Notes under the pieces: model-generated
Told to the model about the DNA's origin: nothing
Databases searched by the model: none
The model's input: only the letters and a program-made list of their open reading frames with translations
Position numbers and translations under genes: made by a program
Shown here: piece after piece, positions 11,725-24,800 of the stretch
Layout of the letters: every line of letters begins with the position of its first letter
Position numbering within the stretch: the stretch's first letter is position 1
Assembly (NCBI GenBank): GCA_004764695.1
Contig: SMSO01000036.1
Coordinates: 930,001 to 994,000, forward strand
From: Schizochytrium sp. TIO01
Lineage: Eukaryota > Protista > Bigyra: Labyrinthulomycetes
Direction of reading: 5' to 3'
Length of the DNA stretch: 64,000 nucleotides

Positions 11725-14199
11725 ATGGTCCAATTTGGCACTAAGCTTCATACAAATAAGGTTGCAAAGTGGGCAGAGTTTTACGTGGACTACAATGAGT
11801 TGAAACGTTTGATCAAAGAGGTGCGGAAGCGCTTGGATGAGATCAAACAACGTTCAGTAAATTTTTCAAACTCAGGTAAACCAAATCATCGAGGCCGTCA
11901 TGAGAATGCTAGCAATGACAGCCAACAATGGAACCCGACTACCCCATCTATTCCAGAATTTGACGTCTTGAGTCGCGCCTCATCCACCAATGAGGCCACT
12001 GACGAGAAAAAGGCAAGTGAGCCATCTTCTGCTCCTACGCCAACTTCGCCGCCAGTCTATTCGTTAAATGAGCATCACAGTAGTTACGAAGAAGACATTC
12101 GTCCACATCGGAAACCCCGGGTCCAACGGGCTTGGACAAGCGATGAAACGACAGCCTTTGCGCCGAGCCGGACCCGATTTGAGAATGAATATGGTACTAC
12201 AAGTGCGCTGAAGACTCACTCAAGCTCTGTAAGCACAGATGATTCTGAAACATGGGGTGAGTTTAATGGCCGTCAATCATCAGTAATGGACGCAAGTGTT
12301 CATCTTGAGCTCCTACGTTCCGAAAATCCTGATCAGGTTTTCATCGAGAAAGTGAAAAAGGAAGCTCTCAAGGTGAATACGTTTTACTTGAAGACATTAG
12401 ATGAGTTTCAAAAGAAGCACACAACGCTACTATTTAAGTTTTCCCAGCTTCGCTCAGTTCATGCTGTGGTTGATATTGATGTAGAGGAGGATGCTACAAT
12501 GCTTTCAAAGGACACGCTTAGCGCGGATAGTGTCAAGCGGGCGTTCCGTGACTTATATCGTGAAATGAATTATCTGCAAAACTTTGCGATTCTTAACTAC
12601 ACGGCCTTCGTAAAAATTCTGAAGAAGCATGACAAAGCTACTGGCTTGCGAATGAATAAGCCTCTTACTCGGTACTTGCACCAACATTATGAGGATGGAT
12701 TCATCAAAACTGAGCGTTTACACCAGCTCATCGAATCTGTCGAGAGAGATTTTGCCAACAATTTTTGTGCGCATAATGTCACGGTTGCCCGTAGCGAACT
12801 CCTTCTGAAACAGGAAACTGTGGATGATTGGGATATGCTTCATATTGGCCTTCGTCTTGGTATGGTGATTGTTCTTGTCATTTGGGTTTTATGGGATGTG
12901 GCAATTGATGCTTGGATTAAACCTGATGAAGCTCAGATGCCCCCGGAGATATCTCGAATTTTTCGTGGATTTGGATTCTTTGTTGTGGGCCTATGGATGT
13001 GGGCATTTTGCATTTATGTTTGGACTACCGAACGCATTCACTATATCTATCTTTTTGAGTTTGACCCGCGCCGCACTCTCCTGCCGGATGAAATGCTCAG
13101 TAAAGCCTCAATGGTCACACTTGTTTATCTTACGCACCTCCTGGTTTATATAAAAATTGCACGGGGTGAGCTTTTTAACGTCCCAATTTCAGCAGCGCGA
13201 TACATCCCTCTCATCTTATTCGCTTATATGACGCTTCTTTTTATCTTCCCTATTGAGCAGAATGGCACAATTCTCAATGCTATTTTCCACACCGTGTTCC
13301 CGTTTTCCCAAAAGGTCACCTTCTTTTATTCTTTTGTTGGAGATGTGCTTACCTCACTTACAAAGCCATTGGTAGATGTGGCATTTACATTTTGCTTCTT
13401 CTTTACGGGAGATTGGCACCGTATGTACAACAATGACATGGCTAATATTGCTGATGGTTTGGGCGAGCATGGCTCGTGCGCTGATAGTTTTCTTTTTACT
13501 CGCGTGTTCACCCCTATGATCATTGCCGCTCCGCTGATCTTTCGTATGCTTCAGAATATGCGACGTTACTGGGACACCAATGACCGCTTCCCACATCTAC
13601 TCAATGCCGCAAAATATGCATTCTCAAACCTCATTGTTCTCCTTGGCGCATTTCACCCAACGTTCACCTCGGTGACGAAGAACACATCATGGTATAAATC
13701 ACTATGGGTTGGGGCATTTGTCGTGTCAACTCTTTTCACCTATTACTGGGATATCGTTTTCGATTGGGGTTTGTGTAAGAAAGGCCAAGGCTTGCTCCGT
13801 GAGCATCTCATGCTTCCTGATAAGAGGTATTACTACTGTGCTATGGTGATTGACCTCGTATTACGTTTCACTTGGTGTTTGACTCTAATCCCACAACTAA
13901 ATGTGTTTTTCAATGTAACTAATCAGGCTTATACAGTGCTACTCCTAGGCATCACTGAGCTCATTCGACGGACAATTTGGACTATTATACGTGTGGAGCA
14001 TGAACACAACTACAATGATCTTGGCTATCGTAGAGTAACCTTTGTCCCGTTAGACTTTCGCTCTGGCACATATAGTCGCTTCCACCGACACGGGGATGCT
14101 CGTTCTTCAGTCATGCTGGAGCTAGGCTCATTCGGTACAATCGTTTTAATTTTCTGCATAATTGCTATTGAGACAGGTGGTGATGCCGATTCCGACTAA
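11725..14199 (+). CDS. SPX-EXS family phosphate exporter (XPR1/SYG1/PHO1-like)
   Basis: N-terminal SPX (MVQFGTKL, W..FYVDYNELKRLIK, LNYTAFVKILKKHDK) followed by a multi-pass EXS domain (YIYLFEFDP, GDVLTSL, HLLNAAKY, YYWDIVFDWGL, DLVLRFTW, ELIRRTIWTIIRVEHEH). Confidence 0.95.
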   Translation: MVQFGTKLHTNKVAKWAEFYVDYNELKRLIKEVRKRLDEIKQRSVNFSNSGKPNHRGRHENASNDSQQWNPTTPSIPEFDVLSRASSTNEATDEKKASEPSSAPTPTSPPVYSLNEHHSSYEEDIRPHRKPRVQRAWTSDETTAFAPSRTRFENEYGTTSALKTHSSSVSTDDSETWGEFNGRQSSVMDASVHLELLRSENPDQVFIEKVKKEALKVNTFYLKTLDEFQKKHTTLLFKFSQLRSVHAVVDIDVEEDATMLSKDTLSADSVKRAFRDLYREMNYLQNFAILNYTAFVKILKKHDKATGLRMNKPLTRYLHQHYEDGFIKTERLHQLIESVERDFANNFCAHNVTVARSELLLKQETVDDWDMLHIGLRLGMVIVLVIWVLWDVAIDAWIKPDEAQMPPEISRIFRGFGFFVVGLWMWAFCIYVWTTERIHYIYLFEFDPRRTLLPDEMLSKASMVTLVYLTHLLVYIKIARGELFNVPISAARYIPLILFAYMTLLFIFPIEQNGTILNAIFHTVFPFSQKVTFFYSFVGDVLTSLTKPLVDVAFTFCFFFTGDWHRMYNNDMANIADGLGEHGSCADSFLFTRVFTPMIIAAPLIFRMLQNMRRYWDTNDRFPHLLNAAKYAFSNLIVLLGAFHPTFTSVTKNTSWYKSLWVGAFVVSTLFTYYWDIVFDWGLCKKGQGLLREHLMLPDKRYYYCAMVIDLVLRFTWCLTLIPQLNVFFNVTNQAYTVLLLGITELIRRTIWTIIRVEHEHNYNDLGYRRVTFVPLDFRSGTYSRFHRHGDARSSVMLELGSFGTIVLIFCIIAIETGGDADSD

Positions 14200-14635
14200 T
14201 TCAGACTTCTCTAAATTATCCAGTAAGACCGGTAATTGCAACTCGAAGCTTAGAAACAATGTAGTATTTGCTGACTCAAAGCTATCGTTCTATCCACCTG
14301 CTGGTTGATAATAGAAAGGTCTAGATCTTTTCTCGATTTTGAATCCACCATTATGAATCCGCCGTCAAGTAAGGATATTCCTGGTTAAACACATGCTTTT
14401 GGTTTAAGAAACCGATGAAGTCCTGTTGAACTTTGGAAATAAAATAGAAACAGAGTAGTCTAGTTTTATCCAATTTCAAACTATCGTGGAACACAACATT
14501 CAAGAACAAACCTAACATTTATGTGTTTGGTTTAGTTTATGTTGTTTTTTCTATTTCTTGTCCAGGATGTTTGGAGTATGTCGGTTATGACTATTCTTTT
14601 GGCCCCACAATTTTTTGCATATGCCTAAAATGAAG

Positions 14636-16021
14636 TTATTCTTTACTTTCTTCAATCTCAATTTGCTTTGTAAGAGTATCCCATAATTCTATTCGCTTTG
14701 TGTGTCGAATGGGAGACTCAATTATACTTGCTTGTTTTGAAAATGACTCTGGGTCGACATTGTACCGCTCTTTGTAAATATCCATCACGTTATAGGACAA
14801 CATTGTTACAGCTGCGTTCCAGTGTGGGTTAGCAGCATCAACATTGCGACCTAGCGAAGCAAAGACGAGTTTAATGTCGTTTGATTCTATTCTCTCATTT
14901 GGATCTACCTTGAAGAGATTTACAATGTGCTCATTATTCCACAAGAAAAGAGCACGCTCACATACTTGAAAGTGCTCACTAGAAACGCACCGCGAGAGAC
15001 AGCGAAACAATGGCTTGGTGACGAGCCTGAGAATCTCAGGTCTTAGAAGTTCAAGTACTTCCTCTAGTTCATTGAGAAAGTGTACTTGCTTTTGACTGTT
15101 TCCCCATGGCCAGTATTCAACGAGCTTTTCAACCACAAACTGAGCTGTAGTTTGGTCTTTCTCAATGTATTGAGTAATGCAGTATGTCAGCTGGGAGGTA
15201 AATGCTGCCATCCACGGTGATTTGTGGAGTGGAATAAGAGAACAGCGGATGAAGGTCAAGTGCTCTGGTTTGAGTGGAAGCGCAAAACCATTAATAATAC
15301 TTCCTAAAATCTCAAGTAGTTCGGCGATTCCATTCTGTCGTTTGCTTTCGAACGAAAATCTCGCGAAAACGAAGCTAATCTGCTTGCGAATGAAGCTACG
15401 ATGCGTCATGAACTTGCCATAGATCCTGTGTAAAATCGTTTTAAGGTAATCACGTTCACGTGGATCATCTGATTCAAACAAAGTAATCAAACTTATGCAA
15501 AAGTCCTGGTCAATTAAACCAGTTTTCTTTCCAACTTTTGCAGGGAAGTCGGCGCTGACGACAAGCCGCAAAAGTAACTCATAAACTACTTGCTTGTGCG
15601 GCCATGCCATATCGAGCCATGGTTCATCTTCTTCTGGATCGAAGTCATCAAGTTGCGGTGGTAAGGCCACGAAGATATTACTCTTTATCATTGTCACGAG
15701 TTCGAGAAGAACTGGTTCTGTGAGATACTCTTGTTTTGATCGAGCAGGCCCCGAATTTAGAAATTCTACTAGGTCAAGCAGTGCCTTACGCTTGAAAGTC
15801 ACAAACGCTTTGTCTCTCGACTCTTGCGAAACAAAGTTGGCAGGTACACTGCAAAATTGAAGCTTTTGACGTAATAGCTCCATTCGTTTGCTCACATTAG
15901 AAACAGATTTTAAAGAAGGAAGATCTTCCTCTGGATTGATACCTCCTTTGGCAAGATTAATCTCATCGGCCTTGGCATTGGACAGACGCCTTCGAAGATT
16001 CCGCACAAGATTGTTTGCCAT
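14636..16021 (-). CDS. Protein phosphatase 2A regulatory subunit B' (B56 family)
   Basis: Hallmark motifs FDPEEDEP, AWPHKQVVYE, LFESDDPRERDYLKTILHRIYGKF, NGIAELLEILGSIINGFALPLKPEH and SEHFQVCERALFLWNNE. Confidence 0.97.
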   Translation of the reverse strand: MANNLVRNLRRRLSNAKADEINLAKGGINPEEDLPSLKSVSNVSKRMELLRQKLQFCSVPANFVSQESRDKAFVTFKRKALLDLVEFLNSGPARSKQEYLTEPVLLELVTMIKSNIFVALPPQLDDFDPEEDEPWLDMAWPHKQVVYELLLRLVVSADFPAKVGKKTGLIDQDFCISLITLFESDDPRERDYLKTILHRIYGKFMTHRSFIRKQISFVFARFSFESKRQNGIAELLEILGSIINGFALPLKPEHLTFIRCSLIPLHKSPWMAAFTSQLTYCITQYIEKDQTTAQFVVEKLVEYWPWGNSQKQVHFLNELEEVLELLRPEILRLVTKPLFRCLSRCVSSEHFQVCERALFLWNNEHIVNLFKVDPNERIESNDIKLVFASLGRNVDAANPHWNAAVTMLSYNVMDIYKERYNVDPESFSKQASIIESPIRHTKRIELWDTLTKQIEIEESKE

Positions 16022-17075
16022 GGTCGAGTACCTTGGGTATCAATGAACGTTCGAACTACTATTATTCTCTGCTCTATCAGCTTTATAAGCTGCGCAAGGT
16101 TACCCGGAAAATGAGAGTAATTTCAATGTTGCACGTTTTTCTGCTGTCTCTGTGTAGGCTGCTCCAGTTTACCTGTACTACGGACAAAATAGGCAGTCCT
16201 CAACTCTGATGTAGGTATTAGACTACTGGAGGCGTGATTAGGTGAAATTTAGGGAGTTGGCCAGACAATTATGCGCCGTCACCTGGCTACACAGTGCAAG
16301 TGCTGCTCTTGTTCTCTTTATGTAAGAGTATGTGCTAGACCCTACACAGCCAATATTGAAAATATCGCTGTAGACACAGCAGCCGATACTAATAACAATC
16401 TGCCAGTGAGTTCAAAGACCACACGATCGACACAAGCGGACTATGGAAATTGAAAGACTCTTGTTCTGATTGTGGTTCTACCCTTTCAATGCGAGTCAAT
16501 CTCTCTATCACACTGGGTTTCGGCTTGCACGTCTGAATTCACGCTCCAGAATTGTACAGAATTTGGTCGTAAGCGTTTAGTTCTCAAGACAACAGTTCTG
16601 GCTGTCAGACGGGCAGCAGAACTTGGCTGAAGGAAAGGGAGTGACGAAGGAGGAAACCTCAAAATAAGGAATGGACAGCTCAGATCAACGAACTAAACCG
16701 CAAAAAACTACAGCGTCTCAAGCAATCGCAAAAACACTTATCTGCTTATCTGCTGCTGATACCGCACGCAGCGAGCTGCGGCGCCTGCCACGAGGCACTG
16801 ATAGTGGGCAATTGCCGCGCCACAAGGTTGAGATGAGGGTGATGTTGATAAGAAGAGAAAAAGAAGCAGTCGTAGTGTGCGAAAAGAGAATATGATAAGA
16901 GAACATTTTAGAAAACAAGTGTTGCTCAATAACATTTTTTAAAAAAATTAAACGTTTTATTTTCTTTAGTTACTTACTAGTAGAAAGAGAAAGATATCTA
17001 AAATAAAATTATCGATATAAATACTATGAACGATCAACTACCGACTACTGAGTGCTTAGATTATGTCATTGATTC

Positions 17076-17207
<132 letters not shown>

Positions 17208-18815
17208 TTGGAATAGGAGCAAGAAAACGAATTTGAAAATACAACACGTGAAGGAAAGATAAGTTTTCAGAGCCACCAGAAAAAAAAGGTAGTTAAAATA
17301 TAGAAGAGTCTCAACTTCTGCAGCTAATTTTAAGCAAGCTAAAATCATGTGCTTTAAAATGTACCCCAAAAATAAAACGCAGATCCAGTTGTAAGAAATG
17401 GTACCAGTTACTCCTGCAAAACAAATGTTTTCGATTTCTTTAAAACCAATATTTCCATACGAAGTATTTCTTGCGAGAGAAGATTGAGTAAAAACCACTG
17501 CCCCATTTGGTTATGGCTGCCGGCGGCTTTCAAGAAGACACGACCGTAGGCAAATGAAAACGATTGTTGCAAATATCTACACGCCCAGTGAGATTGACAC
17601 CATGGCAACTAAGATATGCAACTCCTACTATCTTGGCCTGTGCACATCAAGCCAACAACAGGAATGTTCGTATTATATTTAATTCATTTTGATGAGACCA
17701 AACTTTCGACATAAAATACAACCATTAATTGCTTTATATGTATTGCTAACTTCGGTTCAACATATGGGTCTTGTCCGTTTTATGCAGGAACCTAAATTAC
17801 ATATTTAGATGCAGATATTATATTATTTTTAAAATATATGTTTAGTTAAAAATTAAAAAAAAAAAAAAAAAAAAAACTTTGAGTAACTTTGAAGAAGAAC
17901 TTTGAATAACTAATAAAGTTAATTGAAATATCTGAAGACAAAATAGTCTTACCGGATAGGTGTGCACTGTTTTCTTTTTCTTTTTCTTGTTGAGATTCGT
18001 ACATCTAAGAGCTGTGCTACAGGGCACAGCGAAGAGCATAAAAGCCTATATCCCAACCATATTCAGAAGGAAAAAGAAAGAACGCGAGAAAGAGAGACGC
18101 ATATGTTAAATTATTCTTAGTACATTATACGGACCAGACTTCTCTACCTTGCCTATTTTACTTTCTATTTCTAGAGTATTTTTTGTAGCGTATTCCAATA
18201 TAGGAGCTGCTCCGGGAGGCACACACCATAAGCCAAGTCTGGGAATTTGGTAGAGAGCTGTTGAATGTCTATATTGCTGTTTCATAAAATGATCATGGCA
18301 TCGGAATTAAAAAAAATATGTCATTGAGTTTACCGAAAGAAATACTTTCAATTGCTTTCAAATTGATTGTTCTTCTTTCTCTCTTCTCTCCTTTCAATTC
18401 ATTCTCCTACTTCACTTCGCAAACGTTGCATTTAATAAGCGCACATGGGGTGGTTGGAATGAAAGACTTTCATTCAATTACATGGCCGTATTGCATATTG
18501 CAAACAACAAGGTCCACCCTGCTGCATAGGTTTCGTTATTATATGCTATTCTTATCCCCGGGTATAAAATTTATTCGAAATACTGGAGCAAAGACATAAA
18601 GGAAAGCACAAAAAACCATTGAAGTTGCACACCTATGTTTGTTCCCTGTACCAAAAGCACGCACAAAATTGAAAGTAGGTTTCCAAACCTTTCTACCCTT
18701 CTCCGCCCGTTGGATAAGGAGGGTAGGCAGGATACTGAGACATCCCTGTGCTGACAGGCTGCACATTTGGCAAACGAAGGCAGATAGAGTTTGACTCAGG
18801 CGCAATCGGTCAAAG

Positions 18816-21800
18816 ATGGTGCGACGATGGAGAAACGTGCGCGTTTTCATTAGCTCCACCTTCCGCGATACACACTTTGAACGAGATGCATTAACTCGAC
18901 TCATATTCCCTGAACTTCGCCAATGGTGCGAAGAGCGTTATCTTCATGTGACCGAAGTTGATCTAAGGTGGGGTGTCACACAAGAGGAAAGTGCCGCAGG
19001 CAAAGCTATTGAAATTTGTCTCGACGAGATTGATCGTTCAGATATTTTCCTTTGTCTAATAGGTAGTCGCTATGGATGGGTTCCAGACAAATACGAGGTT
19101 GGCACTGAGTCGAGGTTCATGTGGATCAAAGAACAATCGGGATTATCCATCACTGAACTTGAGATTATGCGTGGAGCTCTTAATTCCCAAGATACTCTTG
19201 CAGAAAATGTAAGCCATGCTTTATTTTACTTTAGAGATGAAGAATTTCTTAAAGACCTTGAAGCTTCGCCCAAAAGTTTATGCGAATTCACAGATGGACA
19301 TACTGAGTACCGCTCAGGTGAGCTCATTTACATCCCAAACGAGGAGAAACAGGCTAAACTTTTGGCTCTAAAACAACGGATTCAAGAGGAAGCTAAGAAA
19401 AGTACAAATAATATCAAGACCTTTATCCATGAAAAGTATCCATCATTGTATCATACGGATGAACGCCTAAGCCAGACAAACGAGGCTACTTTACGAAAGT
19501 TTTGCGACATGGTTCTCACGGACTTAAAGAGAGCAATCGATGAACGCTACCCAATGCGTTTAATGCACGACGAATCGAACGTAGAAGAGGCCGCACTCGA
19601 AAACACTTACCATCAAGCATATATGGATTTTCGACTCAGCCAATTTTTACCTCGTGATCAAATCGTGCATCAAGTTGTAGATTTTGCAAGGAGAGAGGTT
19701 GTGCTTGACAAGATGCCACTTCTTGTCTATGGAGAGTCCGGTGTTGGAAAGTCTAGCGTTCTTGCCAAAGTCTGTGAGATTTTGGATTTAGAGCAACAAC
19801 AAAATGAAAGCTCGGCCAGAGGTTCTGCTTTACAACTTGTTTCTGATCCATCAATCTCTCCTAACACTGTAGCATCAGACCGTCCCAGCCCACAGAGCGT
19901 TTCATTGGCAGAACAGCAGAGGCCTTTGAGGAAAGGGGCAATGAAGGGACAACCTAAAGCAAAACCTCAGGTTCTTATTAGATATTTCGCTGGAGCTTCA
20001 CCTGGATCGCGTCATATTCACAATATGTTGCGAACCTTAGTACAGGAGCTTCGAAGATGTGTTAGGAAATACCGCCCCAAAAATCGAGTTGACCAATTGT
20101 GGACACTCATAAGAACTTCTCTTTTTGTGGGTCAGCACATCAACCTGAATGGAAAGCTTAAAGAAAAGGAGACGGTTAGCTCTCTCCGGAGAGCAGGCAA
20201 GCGATACCACTACAAAGTAGTGAACGATATTCCCAGTTCTTATTCACAACTTGTTGAAGAGTTTAAACGTCTATTGTTAGACGCATGTAAATATACACGA
20301 CTTGTTCTCGTACTCGATAATCTGGATCATCTAGTGCGCGATAAAAACCATGCGTTAACTCTTAGCTGGCTACCTCATGAACTCCCTAAAAATTTACGAC
20401 TCGTCATTGGTGTGGAGTCTGACGAATTAAAATTGTTTGAAGCTGATTCACCAATTGTAGTTCCTCCTAGGTCCCCTGACCTGCCTCTGCCAAAGCGGCC
20501 GCTTTCTCCTCAACTACCTAGTAAGAAGAACAATCGCAAAAGAAGGCTTTCTAGGTCCTCAGGAAGAGGGCGCCGACGTGGGCGCAGTGCTGATCGGGAA
20601 CCAACTTCCCCATTTTCAGATTCGGGCATCGACTATCGGCCACAAGCACTGTCTTCTGATAATGGAAGTGCTGGAACCTTTTTTCCAGAACTCAGCCAGT
20701 TTGAGCAGTTCGAGCAACGCAGTTTTCTGGAGAGTTTTCAACTCCATTTTCGACAGCATCTTAAACTCCATGTTCCCCGTTTAACGCAAATTGAGGCCAG
20801 AGAGCTTATCATTGCACGGCTTGGGCAATACGGAAAGAAACTAAGCGATTGGCAAATGAAATCGCTCTTGGACAAAGCCTCTAGTGGAAATCCGACTTGG
20901 ATCGTGATCGCTTGTGAGGAGTTGCGAATCTTTAACGTCTATGAGAAAGTAAACAACCGTATCTTAGATCTCGCAGAAGATCTGCAGAGCCTACTTGATC
21001 AAATGATCAGTCGTCTTGAGCAAGATCATGGTCCACGCTTTGTAAGAGATGCCTTGTCAATCATCTTATGCTCCAGGGATGGCCTGTTTGAGCACGAGAT
21101 TATGGGAATATTAGGGGTCCCTCTAAGTTCGTGGTCTCAATTGTACTATAGTATTAAACCCCTACTTACAAATCATACACGAGCTGGTGATGAGCTCATC
21201 AGTTTTTCACATCATAACTTCACCTTAGCAATTCTGAAACGATACTTTGCCGGATCACCAGAAATGACCCCTGAAGAGGTATCCCTCTTACCCATGCGCT
21301 CGCCTCACGCGATTCCTATCCATGCACGTCTTTCCAAATTTTTTAGAGAGACGGCGTTCGACAGTAATAACACATACAATAGTGAAAATGGGCGAGCGCT
21401 TTCGTGTTTACCTTATCACTTACTACACGGAAGGCTATTCCGAACTCTTGAGGCTACATTAACTGACCTCGAATTCGTCGAAGCACTTCTCACGGCCGAC
21501 GCAGGGTTTAGCTGGATTGATGACTTAGCATCCTCCTGTGTTGCCTTTGAGTTAAATTTGGCTCTTCAAAACCAAGATCATACTGCGCATGGTTTGCGCC
21601 TTGACCTGGAAGGACCCCTTGGCGCCAGTCTCGGCCTTCTTTCCTCAAATCAGGTAGTATCATCGCAACCACTTGAAAGCGTCATAACTGAAGATATGAT
21701 CCTTCGCGTCCGGGATTATTACGCTTTTGCACAACGATACACTCCTGAATTGAGCGGGAACCCATCATTGGTGTTCCAATATGCAGCAAACCTGCCAGAC

Positions 21801-24800
21801 ATGAACGCGGCTTCCATCGCAGCACAAAAATTATGGGCGTCTGATCGTTCGCATCGCCCATGGTTGAGATGGGTAAATAAAATACAAGAGCAAGGTCCTT
21901 GTCTTCTGACATTATCAGGCCACACAGCCCCAGTTCTCTGGGTCGACATTTCACAGGACGGCAAAAGAGTTGTATCGGCTTCAGAAGACTGCACAATCCG
22001 TGTATGGATTACTGCTACTGGAGAGAGTGACTTTGTATTAGCAGGCCACAAAGATGCTGTCACGTGCGCAGTCATTTCTCCAGATAGTTCTGATGTGATT
22101 GTATCAACGAGTCGAGATGGCACTGCTTGTGTTTGGATTAAAGGCGTTTGCGCTCTGACTTTTGATCGACATGGCCGAACCCCTGTCCTTTGCTGTTGCA
22201 TTTCGGACTGTGGTCGATTCGTGTGTACTGGAGACCAAGCTGGAGCACTTAAAATATGGGAGATTTTCAGCGATGGTGAATGTCTCCATGAGTTCCATTT
22301 CTTCCCAAGTGCGATAACAATGTGTCGTTTCTCTGCAGACAACGAGTACATTTTTTGTGCTGGTGCAGACAATACAATTAGAGCATGGCGCTTTGAAGAC
22401 GGATCTCAGTACATGTGTAAATCAGGTGAAGCAATGTGTTTTGCGCCAAACTGTGCTGGGCCTGATCAAAAAGTGGTCTACTGCCTTCGTAACTCTTCTA
22501 TGAAGTTACGTATTTTTGACGCTGAATATGTTAATCATTCACTTGCTCAACCTTCGCAAATAAAAGCTGGAAAGCTCAGGCCTCCATCACATGGAAGTAC
22601 TATAGCTAGACCATCTCGAGTTGTTTTTCGAGAAGGCACATCGCTGAGCCTTGCTGAGCGAAGGGGCATTTCTGGTACTCTTCAAGTATCAAGGTCTCAG
22701 ACCTTTCTTCAGACATCCTCCTCGATTATTACATCGTCATCTTTTCAGCCACAGATTCATCAGTCCACCTTACATTCTTTCTCCGAAGAAGCAAAACAAG
22801 AACACTCTGCGGATAAAGATCAAACTTCAGAGCAGGCTGAGGTTTCTGAAGGAGGGAAATTGAAACTTTCACAGCATAGGTCTAAAGTAATGTCTGCTCC
22901 TTCTTTAGGTGATACCAAGCCTGAGTTTGAAGACCAAGTTTTGCGCCCTGTATCCCGGGATAGCTTGCTATCCCTAGATGTTGATGAGCCTGTTTTACGT
23001 AAAAGTGAAGTGCCAAGGGTTACACTAAAGGATGAAGATGCTCATTTGGCAACAAAATGTGCAATCTCCTCCACTCGTCGGATGGCAGTGGCTCGCGAGG
23101 ATGGGAATGTCAGTATTTTTAACACTGATACTGGTGAAAAAATTGCAATTTTACACGGACACATTGGGCGAGTTAATAATTGTGTATATGACGCAAGCGG
23201 ACGTACACTTGTTACCGCCTCTAACGATTGCACAGTGAAAATTTGGAATCCTCGGCGGGCACGCCTAGCGGCTAATACACCTCATAAAGCAAAAGTTCTC
23301 CGCACCAGTTTCGCCAAAAACAATTGCTTGCTGTCTGTATCTCAAGAAGGTTGTGTGTGTATTTGGAACGCTCCTACTGGTGTCAAGACCACCATGAAGC
23401 CCCATGGAAATTCCGATAAAGATTTCGTTCGAGATGCAGGCTTTGCAAAAAACGGAGAGTACTATCTTACAGTTTCAAACGTAGTTCGTGTCGCCACCTC
23501 AAAAGCAAATGAGGAACAGCGCACATGGACATTGCCACAGCCAAACACTGCATTATGGGATATTTCTCCCTGTGGGAGAATTGTTCTCTGCGTTGAAGCA
23601 GGTTCTAAAGATTTTCATGTTTGGAGTTTATACTCCAATCCCCCCAAGCTATTGCGTACTGTAACCGGGGCTCATGAGCGAAAACTCACGGTATGTCAGT
23701 TTTCTGCAGATGGGGCTTTAGTATATACTGGAGGTAATGATGGCAAGGTAAAAATATGGAATGCAGTAGCTCTCAGCGCAGAGAAATACTCAGGAGCGCA
23801 GTTTACAACTAGGCTTGATCTCAATCAAGGTGAAATAATTCGACCATTACATACGCTTCAGGATGAAAAGGACCTTGGTTTAGCTTCATTAATACACTCT
23901 ATCTGTGAATCACCAGATGGGAAAAAGCTTTTGGCAATCTCAGACTCGCCAGACATTAAGGTGTTGCACCTCGAGGCTGCATTAGAAAATTTTCAAACGC
24001 AATACGTAACATCCTTGCACGCACATGACAACCGTGTAACCTGTGCTGCATGGTCGCGTCACCCTTTCATGTTTGCTTCCGCATCTGTAAATGGTGCAAT
24101 CAAAATATGGAACTCCAAAAACTTTGAGTGTACTTTGGAGATTGCTGGGCACACCTCATCAATTCTCGATGTTAAGTTCTTACCTGATGGACAGCGTCTT
24201 GCGTCCATTTCTTCAGATAAGTCTCTTGCAATCTGGAACGTTACCACTGGTGAACAAGTTAACTGCATGTCCTTTCCTAGTCATCCTTGCCAGCTTAGTA
24301 TTTCGGTGGAGGGCCGATATCTTGCTGTAGGCACTACAAATGGTGACTTGAGAATTCTTGAGCTCATGAGTGAAACAATTGAGTTTCCAATGGTCACTGC
24401 TCGACGCTACTGTAATTTGACTATCAAAGGCAAAGCGTGGGAGAGCAGGCCGAAAATTGACTGTGTGTTTTGCGGACATCGTTTTGCAATCAATAATAAT
24501 CTAGACAGCATGTTGAGTACAGAGAACACAAGTGATGCTATTCAGGACCTCAAATTCATCCTTCGTTGCATTAGTTGCCGCCATGTGCTGCGGTCTAACC
24601 CGGTCAAGCTTGACAGGAAGGACTGTCTCATGCGAAATTTCTTTCGTCAATCTCGACGAAAACTAAACGCACTGCATCATGGTACAGAGACACAACGTTA
24701 TTTAGCACGAGTCCAGTCTGATGAATTTTATAGCAGTAATCTTACGGTGATGACTCCATTTCGTCGAAAGCGGAAGGTTCCAAAACTGACAACTTCCTCT

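Noticed and set aside
18816-19200. Calling the STAND gene TEP1
   Set aside because: It lacks the N-terminal TROVE/vWA region and has a different C-terminus; only the DUF4062-NACHT-WD40 core is shared.
21719-22372. 217-aa antisense ORF within the STAND gene (likewise 58064..58654 and 59943..60518)
   Set aside because: Antisense shadows of strongly supported genes, with no independent motifs.
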